A DNA stretch of 6,017 bases. Source: a virus. The position numbers and the translations under genes are program-made. Positions 5,304 through 6,017 of this stretch are shown here, piece by piece. Every line of letters starts with the position of its first letter. Within the stretch, counting starts at the first letter, position 1. The notes under the pieces were generated by a model that did not search any database, was not told the DNA's origin, and worked only from the letters and a program-made list of their open reading frames with translations. Location of the stretch: positions 1-6,017 of the IMG/VR virus record IMGVR_UViG_3300014556_000002; one strand, given 5' to 3'.

Positions 5304-6017
5304 ATGTCAAATTTTAAAAACCCAAAAATCATGAGTTTCGGATTAGGAATCAGTGGAGCAATCGAAGGTGCATCAGAAGGAGTATCAATAGGTAGCGCAA
5401 TACCGGGAGTAGGAACAACAGTCGGCGGAATTATCGGCGGAGGATTAGGGCTACTGGGAGGACTATTCGGAAGCGGGAATAGTACAAAGAAACAAAAAGA
5501 GCTAATGGAAAAAGCTTGGGAATACGAAAAGGAAGGGATGGGAATGCAGTACCAATATGGACAGATGGCTGCAAATGAAGCACAAAGAAGAAATCTCGAA
5601 ATGTGGGAATCAACCAACTTTGAACAGCAACGCAAGCACATGGAAAACGCAGGTCTAAGCGCAGCGCTAATGTATGGAGGAAGTGGAGCAGGAAGTACAA
5701 GCACGGCAGGAGGACAAGCAACACAACCAAGCGGTCCAACAACCAATCCAGTAGGAATGGCACTTCAATACAAACAAATAGAGCAGCAAAGTGAAGCGAT
5801 AAAATCCCAAACAATACTTAACCAAGCAGAAGCGGCAAAAGCTCTTGCAGAAGCCAAAAAAACAAGTGGAGTCGACACAAAAAAAACAGAATATGAAATC
5901 AAATGGCAAGAAATTGAAAACAGAATCCAAGAAAGCAAGGAACAAATTGCATCCAGCAACATAAAAGAAGCCCAAGCCAATGCAAGAAAAGCAGTGGAAG
6001 AATTCAACCAAGCAATG
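5304..6017 (+). CDS. VP2: VP2 minor capsid / DNA pilot protein, N-terminal part (runs off the window end; continues at 100-519; whole gene 1,134 nt = 377 aa)
   Basis: My own translation is open from ATG 5304 (in-frame stop TAA at 5286-5288) to base 6017. It reads MSNFKNPKIMSFGLGISGAIEGASEGVSIGSAIPGVGTTVGGIIGGGLGLLGGLFGSG...QMAANEAQRRNLEMWESTNFEQQRKHMENAGLSAALMYGGSGAGSTS... This shows a Gly-rich hydrophobic N-terminus plus the conserved AQ..R....W..TN...Q..M..AGLN..LMYGG block of microvirus VP2. It is missing from the ORF track because it has no stop inside the window. Confidence 0.9.
   Translation, partial: MSNFKNPKIMSFGLGISGAIEGASEGVSIGSAIPGVGTTVGGIIGGGLGLLGGLFGSGNSTKKQKELMEKAWEYEKEGMGMQYQYGQMAANEAQRRNLEMWESTNFEQQRKHMENAGLSAALMYGGSGAGSTSTAGGQATQPSGPTTNPVGMALQYKQIEQQSEAIKSQTILNQAEAAKALAEAKKTSGVDTKKTEYEIKWQEIENRIQESKEQIASSNIKEAQANARKAVEEFNQAM
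5919..6017. repeat. Terminal redundancy copy 2, identical to 1-99
   Basis: See copy 1. Confidence 0.97.

Larger units (their letters stand above)
1..5918 (+). mobile_element. One complete unit of a circular Microviridae (ssDNA phage) genome, 5,918 nt
   Basis: Bases 1-99 repeat exactly at 5919-6017. The VP2 reading frame stays in phase across that junction (5994 = 76+5918, same frame as the ATG at 5304). The full microvirus core gene set (VP1, VP2, VP4) is present on one strand. Confidence 0.9.

Noticed and set aside
5123-5317. + strand ORF of 64 aa spanning the VP3-like/VP2 intergenic region.
   Set aside because: It reads straight through the terminator hairpin and T-run. It overlaps two better-supported genes and has no sensible start context.
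101-6011. Numerous minus-strand ORFs of 60-153 aa: 101-283, 141-512, 526-756, 951-1214, 1342-1548, 1757-1960, 2016-2255, 2985-3329, 3425-3607, 3594-4034, 4031-4285, 4051-4242, 5058-5246, 5285-5746, 5431-5814, 5667-6011 and 5765-6007.
   Set aside because: All are antisense to strongly supported + strand genes. Their products are low-complexity and F/L/S/C-rich. They are the expected by-product of a T/C-rich (stop-poor) complement of an A-rich coding strand. Microviridae encode all genes on one strand.
1-6017. tRNA, rRNA, a CRISPR array, an integrase or transposase, or toxin-antitoxin pairs.
   Set aside because: I could see no cloverleaf-like structure, no spaced repeat array, and no recombinase or nuclease motifs other than the HUH Rep. 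The only long repeat is the terminal assembly overlap.

Overview
The window is one complete, circularly permuted genome of a small ssDNA phage of the family Microviridae. It is not phiX-like; it resembles the Alpavirinae/Gokushovirinae, and its signals point to a Bacteroidota host. Bases 1-99 are identical to 5919-6017, so the unit length is 5,918 nt and the window ends are an assembly overlap rather than biological termini. All supportable genes are on the + strand and tightly packed. In order they are: VP2 pilot/minor capsid protein (starts at 5304, runs off the window end, continues at 1-519), VP4 rolling-circle Rep (521-1588), and a 267-nt structured non-coding region (1589-1855) with a good Bacteroides-type promoter. 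Next comes an accessory cassette: a 95-aa ORFan, a 27-aa mini-ORF, an M15-family zinc peptidase and a 71-aa ORFan. Then follow the VP1 major capsid protein (2827-4797), a 116-aa small conserved protein (4810-5160), an intrinsic terminator (5191-5221) and VP2 again. Points worth a second look: (1) a peptidoglycan-peptidase (endolysin-type) gene in a microvirus, with no recognisable holin but an overlapping amphipathic mini-ORF; (2) the ORFan cassette behind its own promoter/operator-like palindrome; (3) a 274-codon alternative-frame ORF inside rep with in-phase A_AAA_AAA slippery heptamers; (4) duplicated hairpin modules in the non-coding region as origin candidates; (5) a strong A-over-T skew that creates many spurious antisense ORFs. 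No tRNA, rRNA, CRISPR array, integrase or transposase is visible.
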